Assembly (NCBI RefSeq): GCF_000010065.1
Contig: NC_006576.1
Location: forward strand, 1,980,001 to 2,012,000
From: Synechococcus elongatus PCC 6301
GTDB taxonomy: Bacteria; Cyanobacteriota; Cyanobacteriia; Synechococcales; Synechococcaceae
Direction: 5' to 3'
Length of the DNA stretch: 32,000 bases
Shown: positions 18,109 through 27,374 of the stretch, piece after piece
How positions within the stretch are numbered: position 1 is the stretch's first letter
Layout: every line of letters begins with the position of its first letter
Notes under the pieces: model-generated
Told to the model about the DNA's origin: nothing
The model's database searches: none
Seen by the model: the letters and a program-made list of their open reading frames with translations, nothing else
Program-made: the position numbers and the translations under genes

Positions 18109-18693
18109 ATGACGCAAAATCCTTTGGTGCGCGATCGCAGTCGGCTGGTGCGAGTGCGGGTTGCGGTTGGCGAGGTTACTGGCGATGAACTCAATCAGCT
18201 GCTGGTGCTGTGCGATCAGCCCCGCCGCAATCTGCAAAAGTGGGCGATCGCTCTGGACCATACCTTTGTCTGTGTCACGGCTCGCCTGCTCAGCGATCGC
18301 ACCCTCATCGGTTTTGTGCGTGCCACCAGTGATGAGTCGCTCAACGCCACCATCTGGGATCTGCTGGTCGATCCACTTTTGCCAGAGCCAGAAAATGTGC
18401 GACAACGCCTGCTCGATATTCTGCTGCGAGAGCTAAAGCGCGAGATTCCTGGTTGCAGTGTTTCGGTGTTCGCGCCCGTTCCCGAACAACCGGCCCTGCG
18501 CGCGCTCAACTTTGTGCCGGATCCGGGCGGGATTCGCGGCATGACCTATACAGGCTCGCAACAGCTCGAGCTGAGCGATGCCAACTCGTCGGATTCAGCA
18601 ATTGTGACTGTGGGCCAGCCGCGATCTGTCTCTGAAGGGTCTCTAACGAGCATGGAGGGATTCGAACCCCCGACTCTCAGAACCGGAATCTGA
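18109..18693 (+). CDS. GNAT-fold-like protein lacking the acetyl-CoA (Q/RxxGxG/A) motif; paralogue of the GNAT at 30538-31068
   Basis: 'IGFVRATSDESLNATIWDLLVDP' parallels 'LGFARATSDGIYRATIWDVIVHP' in the other copy. The following segment is 'LLPEPENVRQRLL' where the other copy has 'FQGSGIGRKLV'. ATG 18109 lies 7 nt after the ppc stop, and the tail runs antisense into tRNA-Arg. Confidence 0.55.
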   Translation: MTQNPLVRDRSRLVRVRVAVGEVTGDELNQLLVLCDQPRRNLQKWAIALDHTFVCVTARLLSDRTLIGFVRATSDESLNATIWDLLVDPLLPEPENVRQRLLDILLRELKREIPGCSVSVFAPVPEQPALRALNFVPDPGGIRGMTYTGSQQLELSDANSSDSAIVTVGQPRSVSEGSLTSMEGFEPPTLRTGI

Positions 18694-18719
18694 TGCTCTA
18701 TCCACTGAGCTACATGCCC
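18647..18719 (-). tRNA. tRNA-Arg (anticodon CCG)
   Basis: The reverse complement folds by hand into a cloverleaf: GGGCATG/CATGCTC acceptor, GCTC/GAGC D-stem, TCAGA-TTCCGGT-TCTGA anticodon arm, GGGGG-TTCGAAT-CCCTC T-arm. Length is 73 nt with no encoded CCA. Confidence 0.9.
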
Positions 18720-18789
18720 TTGCCTCCCAAATCATAGCATTGAGGCTGCTCTGCTAAGCTGTCTGGGCCTTGGCAGCACTGCGATCGCG

Positions 18790-19953
18790 ATGTTTTTGCA
18801 TAGCCTTCACCTTCAACACTTTCGCAACTATCGCGATCAAACGGTGCAGTTCCAAGCTCCAAAGACAATCCTGCTCGGCGAAAACGCCCAGGGCAAAACC
18901 AATCTGCTGGAAGCCGTTGAACTGTTCTCAACCCTGCGATCGCATCGGGTCAGTCGCGATCGCGATTTGGTTCAGACCGGAGCTGAGTCAGCGCTTCTAA
19001 CAGCGGTTGTTGAGCGCGACAGCGGCGAGCAACAGTTGCAAATTCAGCTTCAACAACAAGGTCGGCGGCGGGTTCAGCGAGATGGCGAAGTCCTACGGCG
19101 ACAGCTTGATCTGCTGGGCTCGCTCTGCAGCGTTCAATTTTCCTCCCTTGACCTGGACTTGGTACGAGGGGGGCCCCAGCAACGCCGTGTCTGGCTCGAT
19201 CGCCTGCTGATTCAACTCCAGCCGATCTATGCCCATCTGCAACAGCAATACGGGCGCGTGTTGCGGCAGCGCAATGCCCTGCTGAGGCGGGCAGAGTCTC
19301 TCGATCTGGCACTGCTGGCGCCACTCAACTGGCAACTAGCTCAGCTCGGTGTCCACATCATGCGGCGGCGATCGCGAGCAATTCAACGCCTTGTGCCCTT
19401 GGCTGCCCATTGGCACAGGGAAATTAGTGGTCAACGGGAGCAACTGATCGTGGCCTATCAGCCCAGTGTGCTGGCCCCCGACGACACCGATGAGGCGATC
19501 GCGTGGCAAGAACGAATGCTGGCGCAGATCGAGGCTCGGCGGGCGGCGGAATTAGGTCAACGCACCAGTCTGGTTGGCCCCCATCGTGATGACCTCAATC
19601 TCAGCATCAACGGTACTGAAGCCCGGCTTCAAGCATCCCAAGGGCAGCAGCGCACCTTAGTGCTGTCGCTCAAGTTGGCGGAGCTGGAGTTGATCGAAGC
19701 AGTATTGGGCGAGCCGCCCCTGCTGTTGCTGGATGATGTCTTAGCAGAACTGGACCTTCGGCGACAGCAACAATTACTAGAAGCGATCGCCAACCGTTTT
19801 CAGACGCTGATTACAACCACGCATCTTTCGGCCTTTGACCAAAGCTGGGTGGAGACCGCTCAAATCCTTACGGTGCAGTCGGGTCATTTGCAGTCTGAAG
19901 CGGTGCCGATGGCCCCAAGCAGCGCGTCCCTGCATAAGTCCCTGGATAGTTAA
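18790..19953 (+). CDS. recF: DNA replication and repair protein RecF
   Basis: '[16 protein letters not shown]' and the Walker A '[13 protein letters not shown]', the signature-like '[16 protein letters not shown]' and Walker B '[12 protein letters not shown]' identify RecF. Confidence 0.92.
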
Positions 19954-20188
19954 GACGCCGTTCGAGACAGGAGAAAACCTGGCTCAGAGCCTGTGCTTCG
20001 CGGCTGAGTTGATAGGACCAGATCACAAGCCCCAGCTGCAGCACCCCCAACAGGCCAACACTCCAGCGCAATCTGGCTAGACGGCTAGGAGCCGGCCGCG
20101 CAAGGCTGAGGCGACGTCGGGGGGATCGCGCCGGTTGTGGACGGGGAGCGCTGGCCAAACGCCGCGGCGGTCGCGATCGCGTTTTCAT
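19868..20188 (-). CDS. hypothetical Arg/Pro-rich single-pass membrane protein (106 aa)
   Basis: Its start overlaps the stop of the upstream small ORF (ATGA at 20185-20188). It has one hydrophobic helix ([18 protein letters not shown]). The 3' end overlaps the recF tail convergently by 86 nt. Low-complexity N-terminus. Confidence 0.3.
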
Positions 20189-20370
20189 GCGGGGCGTTGG
20201 GGCAGATGGGTCAGCGAGCTTGATGGTTGAGCACTAGGCGTCGATCGCTGCCAAACCCACCAACCACCGCCCAAAATCACTGCGGCTACGAGGAGGCCGA
20301 GCAGCAGTTCTCCCACAGTCAATCCTTGGGTTGATCGCGATCGAAAAGACAGAGGAGGGAGGCGCATCAC
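20185..20370 (-). CDS. hypothetical prepilin-like small protein (61 aa)
   Basis: 'RSRSTQG|LTVGELLLGLLVAAVILGGG' has a Gly followed by Glu at +5 and a hydrophobic helix, the class III (type IV prepilin) signal layout. Position +1 is Leu rather than Phe. Confidence 0.35.
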   Translation of the reverse strand: MMRLPPLSFRSRSTQGLTVGELLLGLLVAAVILGGGWWVWQRSTPSAQPSSSLTHLPQRPA

Positions 20371-20540
20371 AGTTTGCTAGGGCAACCGTCGCAGCCATTA
20401 AACCACGGGGATTGCGATCGCAGTCAAACCAAGGCTGCCCCTAGCATTCGCGCGATTTCAGAGATCCCCTATGATGAGAGACCGAAGACCTGTTGGCCCT
20501 GCCAATAGGCCTTTTCACTAGCACAGGAGTTGTGTGTCCG

Positions 20541-20966
20541 ATGACCTCGTTCTACCTCGAGCAAGAAACCTTTGAGCCGCCAGGAGCTGTGGGTACCCAC
20601 TGCATTTTGGAGCTGTACGGCTGCCCTGCCGAGTTGCTCAATGATGCCGACCAAATCCAAGCCAACTTGCGGGCTGCCGCAACCGAGGCTGGGGCAACGC
20701 TCTTACAAGAAACCTGCCACCGTTTTGAGCCCCAGGGCGTCACTGCATTGGCCCTGCTCGCTGAATCCCATATTTCAATTCATACTTGGCCTGAATCTGG
20801 CTACGCTGCTGTCGATGTCTTTACCTGCGGCAGTCATACCCAGCCAGAAACCGCCTGTCATTTCTTAATCGAAGCTTTTCGATCACGACAATACACGCTG
20901 CACACCTTGCGACGACAACCTCCCGCTTCAATTCGAGAAGTCAGTCGCGACCCTGTTGCAGCCTAA
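20541..20966 (+). CDS. speH: S-adenosylmethionine decarboxylase proenzyme (small bacterial class)
   Basis: 'GTHCILELYGC' and the self-processing site 'LLAESHISIHTWPESGYAAVDVFTCG' are diagnostic. I prefer ATG 20541 to the extended ORF start at 20493. Confidence 0.9.
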   Translation: MTSFYLEQETFEPPGAVGTHCILELYGCPAELLNDADQIQANLRAAATEAGATLLQETCHRFEPQGVTALALLAESHISIHTWPESGYAAVDVFTCGSHTQPETACHFLIEAFRSRQYTLHTLRRQPPASIREVSRDPVAA

Positions 20967-20997
20967 GCGCCACTTCCTTGCACAATTCATGGCTACG

Positions 20998-21031
20998 ACC
21001 CCTGCTGGCCTTGCGGTCACAGGGGTTTCTT
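20998..21031 (+). terminator. possible terminator after speH
   Basis: ACCCCTG (20998-21004) pairs with CAGGGGT (21020-21026) and is followed by TTCTT. The 15-nt loop is large. Confidence 0.35.
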
Positions 21032-21300
21032 GTGGGCAGCAGACCGAGTGGCGGTGATCTCAACTCCCCTGTCTCCTCGCGCGATCGCTCGGCAGAGAGC
21101 CAAGTCAGGGCCTGAATCTTGGGGAAATTGGAGCCAGCGATCGCTGCTCCTATGGCTCATCTAGACCGTCTAGGGATGCTCTTGTAACCATTTCTACAGA
21201 AAAGAACCCTGAAAAAGCAGTCGCCGCAAGACTTTAGGCCTTCCACTTCAAAAAAGAGTGCTGTATTATTTGCGAGACCCGCTCAAATCTACTTTTCATC

Positions 21301-21576
21301 ATGAATAAGGGTGAACTCATCGATCAGGTGGCAGTACGGACTGGCCTGACTAAAGTGCAAGTTGCTGCCGCGATTGATGCTTTGGTCGACGTTATTGTCG
21401 ATACCGTAGTCGAAGGTGAAAAAGTGTCCATTCTGGGCTTTGGAGCCTTCGAAGCGCGCGAGCGCTCCGAGCGTCAGGGCCTCAATCCCAAAACTGGCGA
21501 CAAAATCTTGATCCCTGCTAAAAAAGTTCCTGCTTTCACTGCTGGCAAGCTTTTCAAAGATCGCGTCCAAGGCTAA
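21301..21576 (+). CDS. hup: DNA-binding protein HU
   Basis: 'MNKGELIDQVA...GLTKVQVAAAIDALVDVIVDTV..GEKVSILGFGAFEARERSERQGLNPKTGDKILIPAKKVPAFTAGKLFKD' is a canonical HU/IHF-fold sequence. Confidence 0.95.
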   Translation: MNKGELIDQVAVRTGLTKVQVAAAIDALVDVIVDTVVEGEKVSILGFGAFEARERSERQGLNPKTGDKILIPAKKVPAFTAGKLFKDRVQG

Positions 21577-21600
21577 AGCAACAGTCAAAACCGTATTAAA

Positions 21601-21636
21601 AAGGGGAGAAATCATCATGATTTCTCCCCTTTTTTG
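21601..21636. terminator. bidirectional rho-independent terminator
   Basis: GGGGAGAAAT (21603-21612) pairs with ATTTCTCCCC (21620-21629), flanked by an A-run upstream and a T-run downstream. It lies between the convergent HU gene and the small ORF at 21676-21876. Confidence 0.75.
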
Positions 21637-21675
21637 TCTGAATCTTAGGCTGGGTTTGTGACCCACAATACTCTC

Positions 21676-21876
21676 TTAGGAGTGGAGTCGTCGCCAAGCA
21701 TTGTCGTAACGACCTTGGAAATAGCTAAGCAATTCAGGGGTGTTGAGTCGGGCTGCAACGAGAGCTCGAGAGCGTGAGGAGGACATCCCCCAAGGATTGG
21801 GGTTGCGTTTTTGGCTATTGGCAGTGACATCGAGCTGATCGTGCAACTCAGCATCGAGCTTTGCAAGCTTGGTCAT
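21676..21876 (-). CDS. hypothetical small protein (66 aa)
   Basis: The ORF ends 40 nt before the bidirectional terminator and has plausible codon usage. The competing overlapping frame (21645-21866) would read through the terminator stem. No family recognised. Confidence 0.4.
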   Translation of the reverse strand: MTKLAKLDAELHDQLDVTANSQKRNPNPWGMSSSRSRALVAARLNTPELLSYFQGRYDNAWRRLHS

Positions 21877-22069
21877 AGTGACATTGCGTCCAGCAGGGCA
21901 ACTTCAATCCTAGAAAGCTGCTTTGCTGGCCAAGCCTTGTGTTGCGGCTCTGCGACAGTTCGCAGCAATGCTTTGACTGTGTAACAGTGACTGCTCACTC
22001 CTACGCGGACTCTCCCGGGAGTGCCTAGATTCCTCTCTTATCTCTCCGTTCAATGCAAGACGCGAGCAA

Positions 22070-24718
22070 TTAGTGCGAAGGACCACTGAAGAGGCCCAAT
22101 TGTTCAGTAGCGATCGTGGCATCTATCTGCTGGGGCGACGCCTGAGTCCGACGCTGGCTACCATTGCCACGCCGTAACCCCACAGCAATGCGGCTGTGTT
22201 TTTCAATGCGGCTCATCACTTCACGGGCGCGATCGATCACCTCGCTGGGTAAACCTGCGAGCCGCGCTGCTTCAATGCCATAGGAACGATCGGCGCCCCC
22301 CGGCTGAACTTGATGCAGGAAGACAATGCGATCGGGCAGTTCTTTAACGGTGACTTGGAAGTTGGCGACGTTCTTGAGCAGGCCTGACAGCTCATTCAGC
22401 TCGTGGTAGTGCGTTGCAAAAATCGTGCGGGCTTGGATTTCCCTTGCTAGATATTCCGCCACAGCCCAGGCGATCGAGAGGCCATCAAAGGTGGCGGTAC
22501 CGCGACCAATCTCATCCAGCAAGACCAGCGATCGCGCGGTGGCATGGTTGAGGATGTTAGCCGTTTCGTCCATCTCCACCATGAAAGTTGATTGGCCAGT
22601 TGCCAGATCATCGACGGCTCCAACGCGGGTGAAGATGCGATCGCAAATTCCAACTTGGGCATTCTTCGCGGGAACAAAACTACCAATTTGAGCCAGCAGT
22701 TGAATGAGGCCAACCTGTCGTAAATAACAACTTTTGCCGCTGGCATTCGGCCCGGTCAAAACAATTAGATCTGGGCCGCGATCGCTACCGAGGCCGCAAC
22801 TATTGGGTACATAAAAGCCGCTCGGCAAAGCCTGCTCAACGACTGGGTGGCGACCATCCTGAATCGCCAACTGGCGATCGTCACGAATCTCAGGGCAGCA
22901 ATAGTTTTGGTAGACTGCTACCTCCGCTAAAGCTGCTAAGACATCAGCGGCAGCGACTGCTGTGGCGATCGCGCGGATTGTTTCGACATGGTGACTGACT
23001 TCGCTGCGCAGCCCAACAAAAAGGTCGTATTCCAGTTGATTGAGATCCGTCTGAGCATTGAGGATTCGGCTTTCCCGCTCCTTTAGATCCGGTGTAATAA
23101 AGCGCTCTTCGTTGGTCAGGGTTTGGCGGCGGATGTAGTGATCGGGCACCTGATCGGCTTTGCTACGACTCAGGCTAATGAAATAGCCGAAGGTTTTGCT
23201 GTAACCCACCTTGAGGCTGTTGATGCCAGTCGCAGTACGCTCGCTGGCTTCGAGGCTGGCAATCCACTGGCGATCGCTCTCGACTTGTTGCCGCAACTCA
23301 TCCAAGGCGATCGCAACCCCGGATCGAATCAACCCGCCTTCAGTCAGTTGTAAGGGGGGCGATTCGACTAAATGCTGCTGGAGGCGATCGCCCAACTGCT
23401 CCAGTTCCGGTGGCACCTGCTGTAATTGCGCCAGCAAGGGTGATTGGGCACGACTGAGTAACTGGGCCAGCTCCGGTAGGCGTAGCAACGACTCCGCCAG
23501 CGCCAAGAGATCGCGGGCATTGGCCGTCCCAGCACCAGCGCGGCCTGAGAGCCGCTCAAGGTCGTAGATCTTCTGGAGTAGCGATCGCAGATCCTGCCGA
23601 AGTCGCCCATCCTGACAGAGTTCTTGAATCGCGGCTTGGCGGTTGCGAATCGCCTCAGGGTTGAGCAAGGGTTGCAGCAACCAGCGGCGCAACAGGCGGC
23701 CACCCATGCTAGTCATCGTGCGATCGAGCGCCCAGAGCAGCGAGCCGTGGAAGCTGCCATCCCGCTGAGTTTGAGTGATCTCTAAATTGCGGCGGGTTTG
23801 TTGATCGAGGATTAAAAACTCCGACAGCGAATAGGTACGCGGCTTTTGTAATGGCGCAAGGCTTTCCCGCTGGGTTTCTCCCAAGTAGTCCAGGAGACCA
23901 CCAGCAGCACGGATCGCCAAGGGTAATTGCTCACAGCCACAGCCTTCCAGCGATCGCAGTTGGAAATGTTCCAGCAACCGCTGCCGTGCCTCATGCAATT
24001 CAAAGGGCATGGGCGATCGCAGGGCGTAGCAAAACGAATCCGGCAAGCAGTCGGGAATCTGTTGCGGCTTGGACTGCCCCGGCCGCAGCAATCCGGCTAA
24101 ATCCGGTGCGGCACTGGGAAAGAGCACTTCTGAGGGTTGCAGGCGATAGAGCTCCTGGGTCAGTCCCTCCAGACCAGTACTTTGGCTCGTCCAATAGTCA
24201 CCAGTGGAGCTATCTGCGTAGGCCAGCCCCCAATGCTCGCCGGCGATCACGACCGCTGCCAAAAAGTTATTGCGGCGTGCCTGCAGCATTCCCTCTTCGA
24301 GGATGGTGCCCGGTGTGATGATCCGCGTGATTTCGCGGCGGACGAGCGGCCCTTGCGCCTGAGCAGCCGTTTCTACCTGATCGCAGATCGCGATCGCGTA
24401 ACCCTTCTCAACTAACTGGCTGGCATAGCGATCGAGGGCGTGATAGGGAATGCCCGCCATCGGCACACGCCCGACTTCTTTCCCTGCTTCCTTGCTGGTC
24501 AACACCAGCTCTAGCTCGCGGGCAACCACGATCGCATCCTGAAAGAAGCACTCGAAAAAGTCGCCCATCCGATAGAGCAGGATCTGCTGCAGATGCTGAT
24601 CCTTGACCTCGGCGTAGTGCTGCATCATCGGCGTCAGGCGATCGCGCTCCACCTGACGGTGATCGGCATAGCGCACCTCGTGCTTAGCCAAATGCTCCGG
24701 AAGCTCAGAAGTTGTCAT
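22070..24718 (-). CDS. mutS: DNA mismatch repair protein MutS
   Basis: '[11 protein letters not shown]', '[13 protein letters not shown]', Walker A '[14 protein letters not shown]', 'STFMVEM' and '[11 protein letters not shown]' are MutS signatures. The 882-aa length is typical. Confidence 0.95.
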   Translation of the reverse strand: MTTSELPEHLAKHEVRYADHRQVERDRLTPMMQHYAEVKDQHLQQILLYRMGDFFECFFQDAIVVARELELVLTSKEAGKEVGRVPMAGIPYHALDRYASQLVEKGYAIAICDQVETAAQAQGPLVRREITRIITPGTILEEGMLQARRNNFLAAVVIAGEHWGLAYADSSTGDYWTSQSTGLEGLTQELYRLQPSEVLFPSAAPDLAGLLRPGQSKPQQIPDCLPDSFCYALRSPMPFELHEARQRLLEHFQLRSLEGCGCEQLPLAIRAAGGLLDYLGETQRESLAPLQKPRTYSLSEFLILDQQTRRNLEITQTQRDGSFHGSLLWALDRTMTSMGGRLLRRWLLQPLLNPEAIRNRQAAIQELCQDGRLRQDLRSLLQKIYDLERLSGRAGAGTANARDLLALAESLLRLPELAQLLSRAQSPLLAQLQQVPPELEQLGDRLQQHLVESPPLQLTEGGLIRSGVAIALDELRQQVESDRQWIASLEASERTATGINSLKVGYSKTFGYFISLSRSKADQVPDHYIRRQTLTNEERFITPDLKERESRILNAQTDLNQLEYDLFVGLRSEVSHHVETIRAIATAVAAADVLAALAEVAVYQNYCCPEIRDDRQLAIQDGRHPVVEQALPSGFYVPNSCGLGSDRGPDLIVLTGPNASGKSCYLRQVGLIQLLAQIGSFVPAKNAQVGICDRIFTRVGAVDDLATGQSTFMVEMDETANILNHATARSLVLLDEIGRGTATFDGLSIAWAVAEYLAREIQARTIFATHYHELNELSGLLKNVANFQVTVKELPDRIVFLHQVQPGGADRSYGIEAARLAGLPSEVIDRAREVMSRIEKHSRIAVGLRRGNGSQRRTQASPQQIDATIATEQLGLFSGPSH

Positions 24719-24727
24719 GCGTTGCAG

Positions 24728-24990
24728 CTAGTAAGGCCAGCCATCGTAGGGCACCTGCATCCGTTCACCCCAGTACAGACGAATGGTTTGGACGGGAACG
24801 CCAGCGCGAGAGATGGGGACGTCGGCCAGCCACTCAATCTTCTCAAAGTAGCGCTCGATGCTTTGGGGCCATTCCTCCTGAAAACGCTCAGTCGTCCACA
24901 GGACAGCATTTTTCCCGAGCCAATCCTCCGGGTTTGACCAGAAGGCAAAACCACGCGGATCCGTGCCAAACAATGTGGAAGGGCTTGGGT
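24728..24990 (-). pseudogene. C-terminal segment of the GT39 glycosyltransferase in a +1-shifted frame
   Basis: The frame of ORF 24728-25147 becomes protein-like only from '...TLFGTDPRGFAFWSNPEDWLGKNAVLWTTERFQEEWPQSIERYFEKIEWLADVPISRAGVPVQTIRLYWGERMQVPYDGWPY'. Upstream in that frame the residues are R/S/C/W-rich, as expected for out-of-frame sequence. It ends 9 nt before the mutS start. Confidence 0.5.
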
Positions 24991-26384
24991 ACCAGCGGAT
25001 CGATCGCCAGGGCAAAGTAGCCCGGCAAGAAAAACTGATTGGACGCGTAGAAGTCGGCGGCTTTGAGGCGTGCCAGCAAGTCGGGACGTTCCGCGATTGC
25101 GGCTCGAATCTGCTCCGGTTGCAGTAGCTCCGTCGATCCATCGTCATAGGCGGGAATCAGCGGTAACCCCAAAGGACTGCCGGGACTTTGCAGCCAGCCC
25201 CAGCGCACTTGCCCAACTGCCAAGCTGCTGAGTAAGACCACCGCGATCGCTGAACCCACCAGCCAGCGTTGGACACGGCGTGATTTGGGATGGGCTTGCC
25301 ACCAATTCACAACTTGAGCTGCCAGCAACAGGGTCGCGAACCAGTAGCCCGGCATCGTCCAAGTTGGCAAAATCTGGATGCGACCGCCCAGCACCGTGAA
25401 CAACAGCACGATCGGTGCACTCAGCCAGAGCAAGAAGGCATAGCGCTCGTTGCGCTCAAGCTCAATGGGCTGCCGCCACAGTTGGTAGAGTGTGATGCCA
25501 ATGCTGGCAAATAAAGGGATGCCCAAGGTCGGGAAGAGGTAGCCAAAGTTGACCAGTAGCGCCAACAGTGCATCCCCGATGGAGTAGAAGCGATCGCTCT
25601 CCACTCTCCCCGACTGAAAGCGCAGCGAAATCCAGTCTTGCTGGCCATTCCAAATCAGCAGCGGTAGCAGACAGACCGCAAAGGCGATCGCTCCTAGCCA
25701 GAACCAGCGACTGCGAAAAACCACTCGATGGCGAGCACTAGTCAGACAAAAACCGACAAGGCCTGCGCCCAAGACAAAGGCGTGGTACTTGCTCAAACAG
25801 GCGAGCCCCAGCGCTACACAGATGCCAATCAGTCGAGGGCTGGGCTGATAGGGACTTTTTGGGAAAAACTCGATCGCCCCTAACCAAGCAGCCACGGTTG
25901 CAAACAGAATCAGTGGGCCATCGGGCAGCACCAAGATTCCCGCTCCGACCTGCATAATCGGCGCGATCGCTGCGATCGCCATGGCCACGAGTCCTACCCG
26001 TTCTGAAAACAAGCGGCATCCGATCCGATAAACCCCGACCAAAGCAAGGCTGAAAATACCCAGCGTTGCTAGACGTAAGCTTAAGGCTGAGGCGCTTCCC
26101 AGCAGCGCAGTCCCGATCGCCGCACTGATGCCCACGGCGGCTGGATGATCGAAGTAGCTCAGGGCTGGATGCTGGGTATAGAGGTGGTAGTAAACCTCGT
26201 CATATCCCGAAGGCAATACCCAAGCCACCCCAGTACGAAACAGCAGACTGAGTCCCACAATGACTGCAGCCCAGCGATCGGAAGCACGCACAAAAATTCC
26301 CTTGTTCAGCAAAAAAATGTAACAACAGCTGGCTCGCCCTATTCTCGCTGCTGTTGGCTCTCGCAGTTTATGGGAAGATGGCAA
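24888..26384 (-). CDS. ArnT/PMT-like membrane glycosyltransferase (GT family 39), main body
   Basis: Multi-TM protein with 'GYDEVYYHLYTQHPALSYFDHPAAV', the GT39 DE/YY loop motif. The likely true start is GTG at 26291 (VRASDRW...). The last ~30 residues of this frame (HIVWHGSAWFCLLVKPGGLAREKCCPVDD) look out-of-frame; see the frameshift finding. Confidence 0.8.
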   Translation of the reverse strand: MPSSHKLREPTAARIGRASCCYIFLLNKGIFVRASDRWAAVIVGLSLLFRTGVAWVLPSGYDEVYYHLYTQHPALSYFDHPAAVGISAAIGTALLGSASALSLRLATLGIFSLALVGVYRIGCRLFSERVGLVAMAIAAIAPIMQVGAGILVLPDGPLILFATVAAWLGAIEFFPKSPYQPSPRLIGICVALGLACLSKYHAFVLGAGLVGFCLTSARHRVVFRSRWFWLGAIAFAVCLLPLLIWNGQQDWISLRFQSGRVESDRFYSIGDALLALLVNFGYLFPTLGIPLFASIGITLYQLWRQPIELERNERYAFLLWLSAPIVLLFTVLGGRIQILPTWTMPGYWFATLLLAAQVVNWWQAHPKSRRVQRWLVGSAIAVVLLSSLAVGQVRWGWLQSPGSPLGLPLIPAYDDGSTELLQPEQIRAAIAERPDLLARLKAADFYASNQFFLPGYFALAIDPLVPKPFHIVWHGSAWFCLLVKPGGLAREKCCPVDD

Positions 26385-26497
26385 GCAAACTTGCCAATCA
26401 TTGGCTCAGAGCAGAAGTCTTAAATTTTTGCTCCTCAGCAGCCTAGGCAAGCTTCGGTGTTGTCGATACAGACTGCTGCAAAACTGGGAGACTTGCG

Positions 26498-26686
26498 ATG
26501 GTAATCCTCTTCCAACTGGCACTGCTGTTGCTAGTGGTGATGTCCTTTGTGTTGATTGTGGGCGTGCCGGTGCTCTACGCCACCAATGGCGATCGTGTCC
26601 AATCCAACCGCCTGATCTTGGTGGGTGGCCTCGCTTGGACTGCCCTCGTGGTGCTCGTGGGCGTCTTGAACTACTTCGTCGTTTAA
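26498..26686 (+). CDS. psbZ: photosystem II reaction centre protein Z
   Basis: The 62-aa product '[28 protein letters not shown]...[24 protein letters not shown]' matches the PsbZ (Ycf9) pattern. GGGAGA lies 8 nt upstream of the ATG. Confidence 0.95.
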
Positions 26687-26695
26687 AGAACCGCT

Positions 26696-27241
26696 ATGGC
26701 CGTTTTTGAAGGCAGTTTTGTCAATGCCAGTCAGTTCCGACTGGCCGTGGTCATTGGCCGGTTCAATGATCTCGTCTGCGAAAAGCTCTTGGCCGGTTGC
26801 CAAGACTGCCTCAAGCGGCATGGGGTTGATCCAGATCCGCAAGGAACGCAGGTGGATTACGCCTGGGTTCCGGGCAGTTTCGAGATTCCCCTCGTGGCTC
26901 GCCAATTGGCCCTCACGGGTCGCTACGATGCGATCATCTGTCTAGGTGCGGTGATTCGCGGCCAAACCCCCCACTTTGACTACGTCGCCAGCGAAGTCGC
27001 TAAAGGGGTGGCGGCAACCAGTCTACAAACCGGCATCCCGATCGCCTTTGGGGTGCTGACAGTGGATAACCTGCAGCAGGCGCTAGAGCGAGCAGGCATC
27101 AAGAGCAACCTCGGCTGGAACTACGCCCTCAGTGCGCTGGAGATGGCGAGCCTTATGCACCAGATCCGCAGCACGACGGGAGAGGTTCCTCGCCAAACCC
27201 TGCCTCTGGCGGCGGCTCCAAGCAATTTTGCCGGAACTTAA
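26696..27241 (+). CDS. ribH: 6,7-dimethyl-8-ribityllumazine synthase
   Basis: '[13 protein letters not shown]', '[11 protein letters not shown]', '[22 protein letters not shown]' and 'IPIAFGVLT' are RibH signatures. It starts 9 nt after psbZ, so the two are probably co-transcribed. Confidence 0.95.
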   Translation: MAVFEGSFVNASQFRLAVVIGRFNDLVCEKLLAGCQDCLKRHGVDPDPQGTQVDYAWVPGSFEIPLVARQLALTGRYDAIICLGAVIRGQTPHFDYVASEVAKGVAATSLQTGIPIAFGVLTVDNLQQALERAGIKSNLGWNYALSALEMASLMHQIRSTTGEVPRQTLPLAAAPSNFAGT

Positions 27242-27250
27242 GCTAAGGGG

Positions 27251-27281
27251 TTGACAAGCCATTAAGTTTTTGGCTTAATAA
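27251..27281 (+). promoter_or_regulatory. sigma70-type promoter for tRNA-Gly
   Basis: A perfect TTGACA (27251-27256) is followed, after a 17-19 nt spacer, by CTTAAT/TAATAA (27274-27281). This sits about 20 nt upstream of the tRNA 5' end. Confidence 0.45.
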
Positions 27282-27302
27282 AAATCACCGGTTTGCCGGT
27301 TT

Positions 27303-27374
27303 GCGGGTATAGCTCAGTGGTAGAGCGTCACCTTGCCAAGGTGAATGTCGCGCGTTCGAATCGCGTTACCCGCT
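27303..27374 (+). tRNA. tRNA-Gly (anticodon GCC)
   Basis: Hand-folded cloverleaf: GCGGGTA/TACCCGC acceptor, GCTC/GAGC D-stem, TCACC-TTGCCAA-GGTGA anticodon arm, GCGCG-TTCGAAT-CGCGT T-arm. No CCA immediately follows the discriminator. Confidence 0.92.

Noticed and set aside
1334-20966. The PotD-like binding protein (1334-2374) and speH (20541-20966) might form a polyamine gene cluster.
   Set aside because: The two genes are 18 kb apart and separated by many unrelated housekeeping genes on both strands. Nothing suggests a functional locus.
21645-21866. An alternative 73-aa minus-strand ORF overlaps the 66-aa ORF downstream of HU.
   Set aside because: It would read through the strong terminator hairpin at 21601-21636, and its sequence (MQSSMLSCTISSMSLPIAK...) looks less protein-like than the competing frame.
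21948-21963. A CTGCGA-CAGT-TCGCAG hairpin in the 190-nt spacer downstream of mutS might be a terminator or small RNA.
   Set aside because: The stem is only 6 bp, with no U-tract on either strand and no flanking promoter-like elements. This is insufficient evidence.
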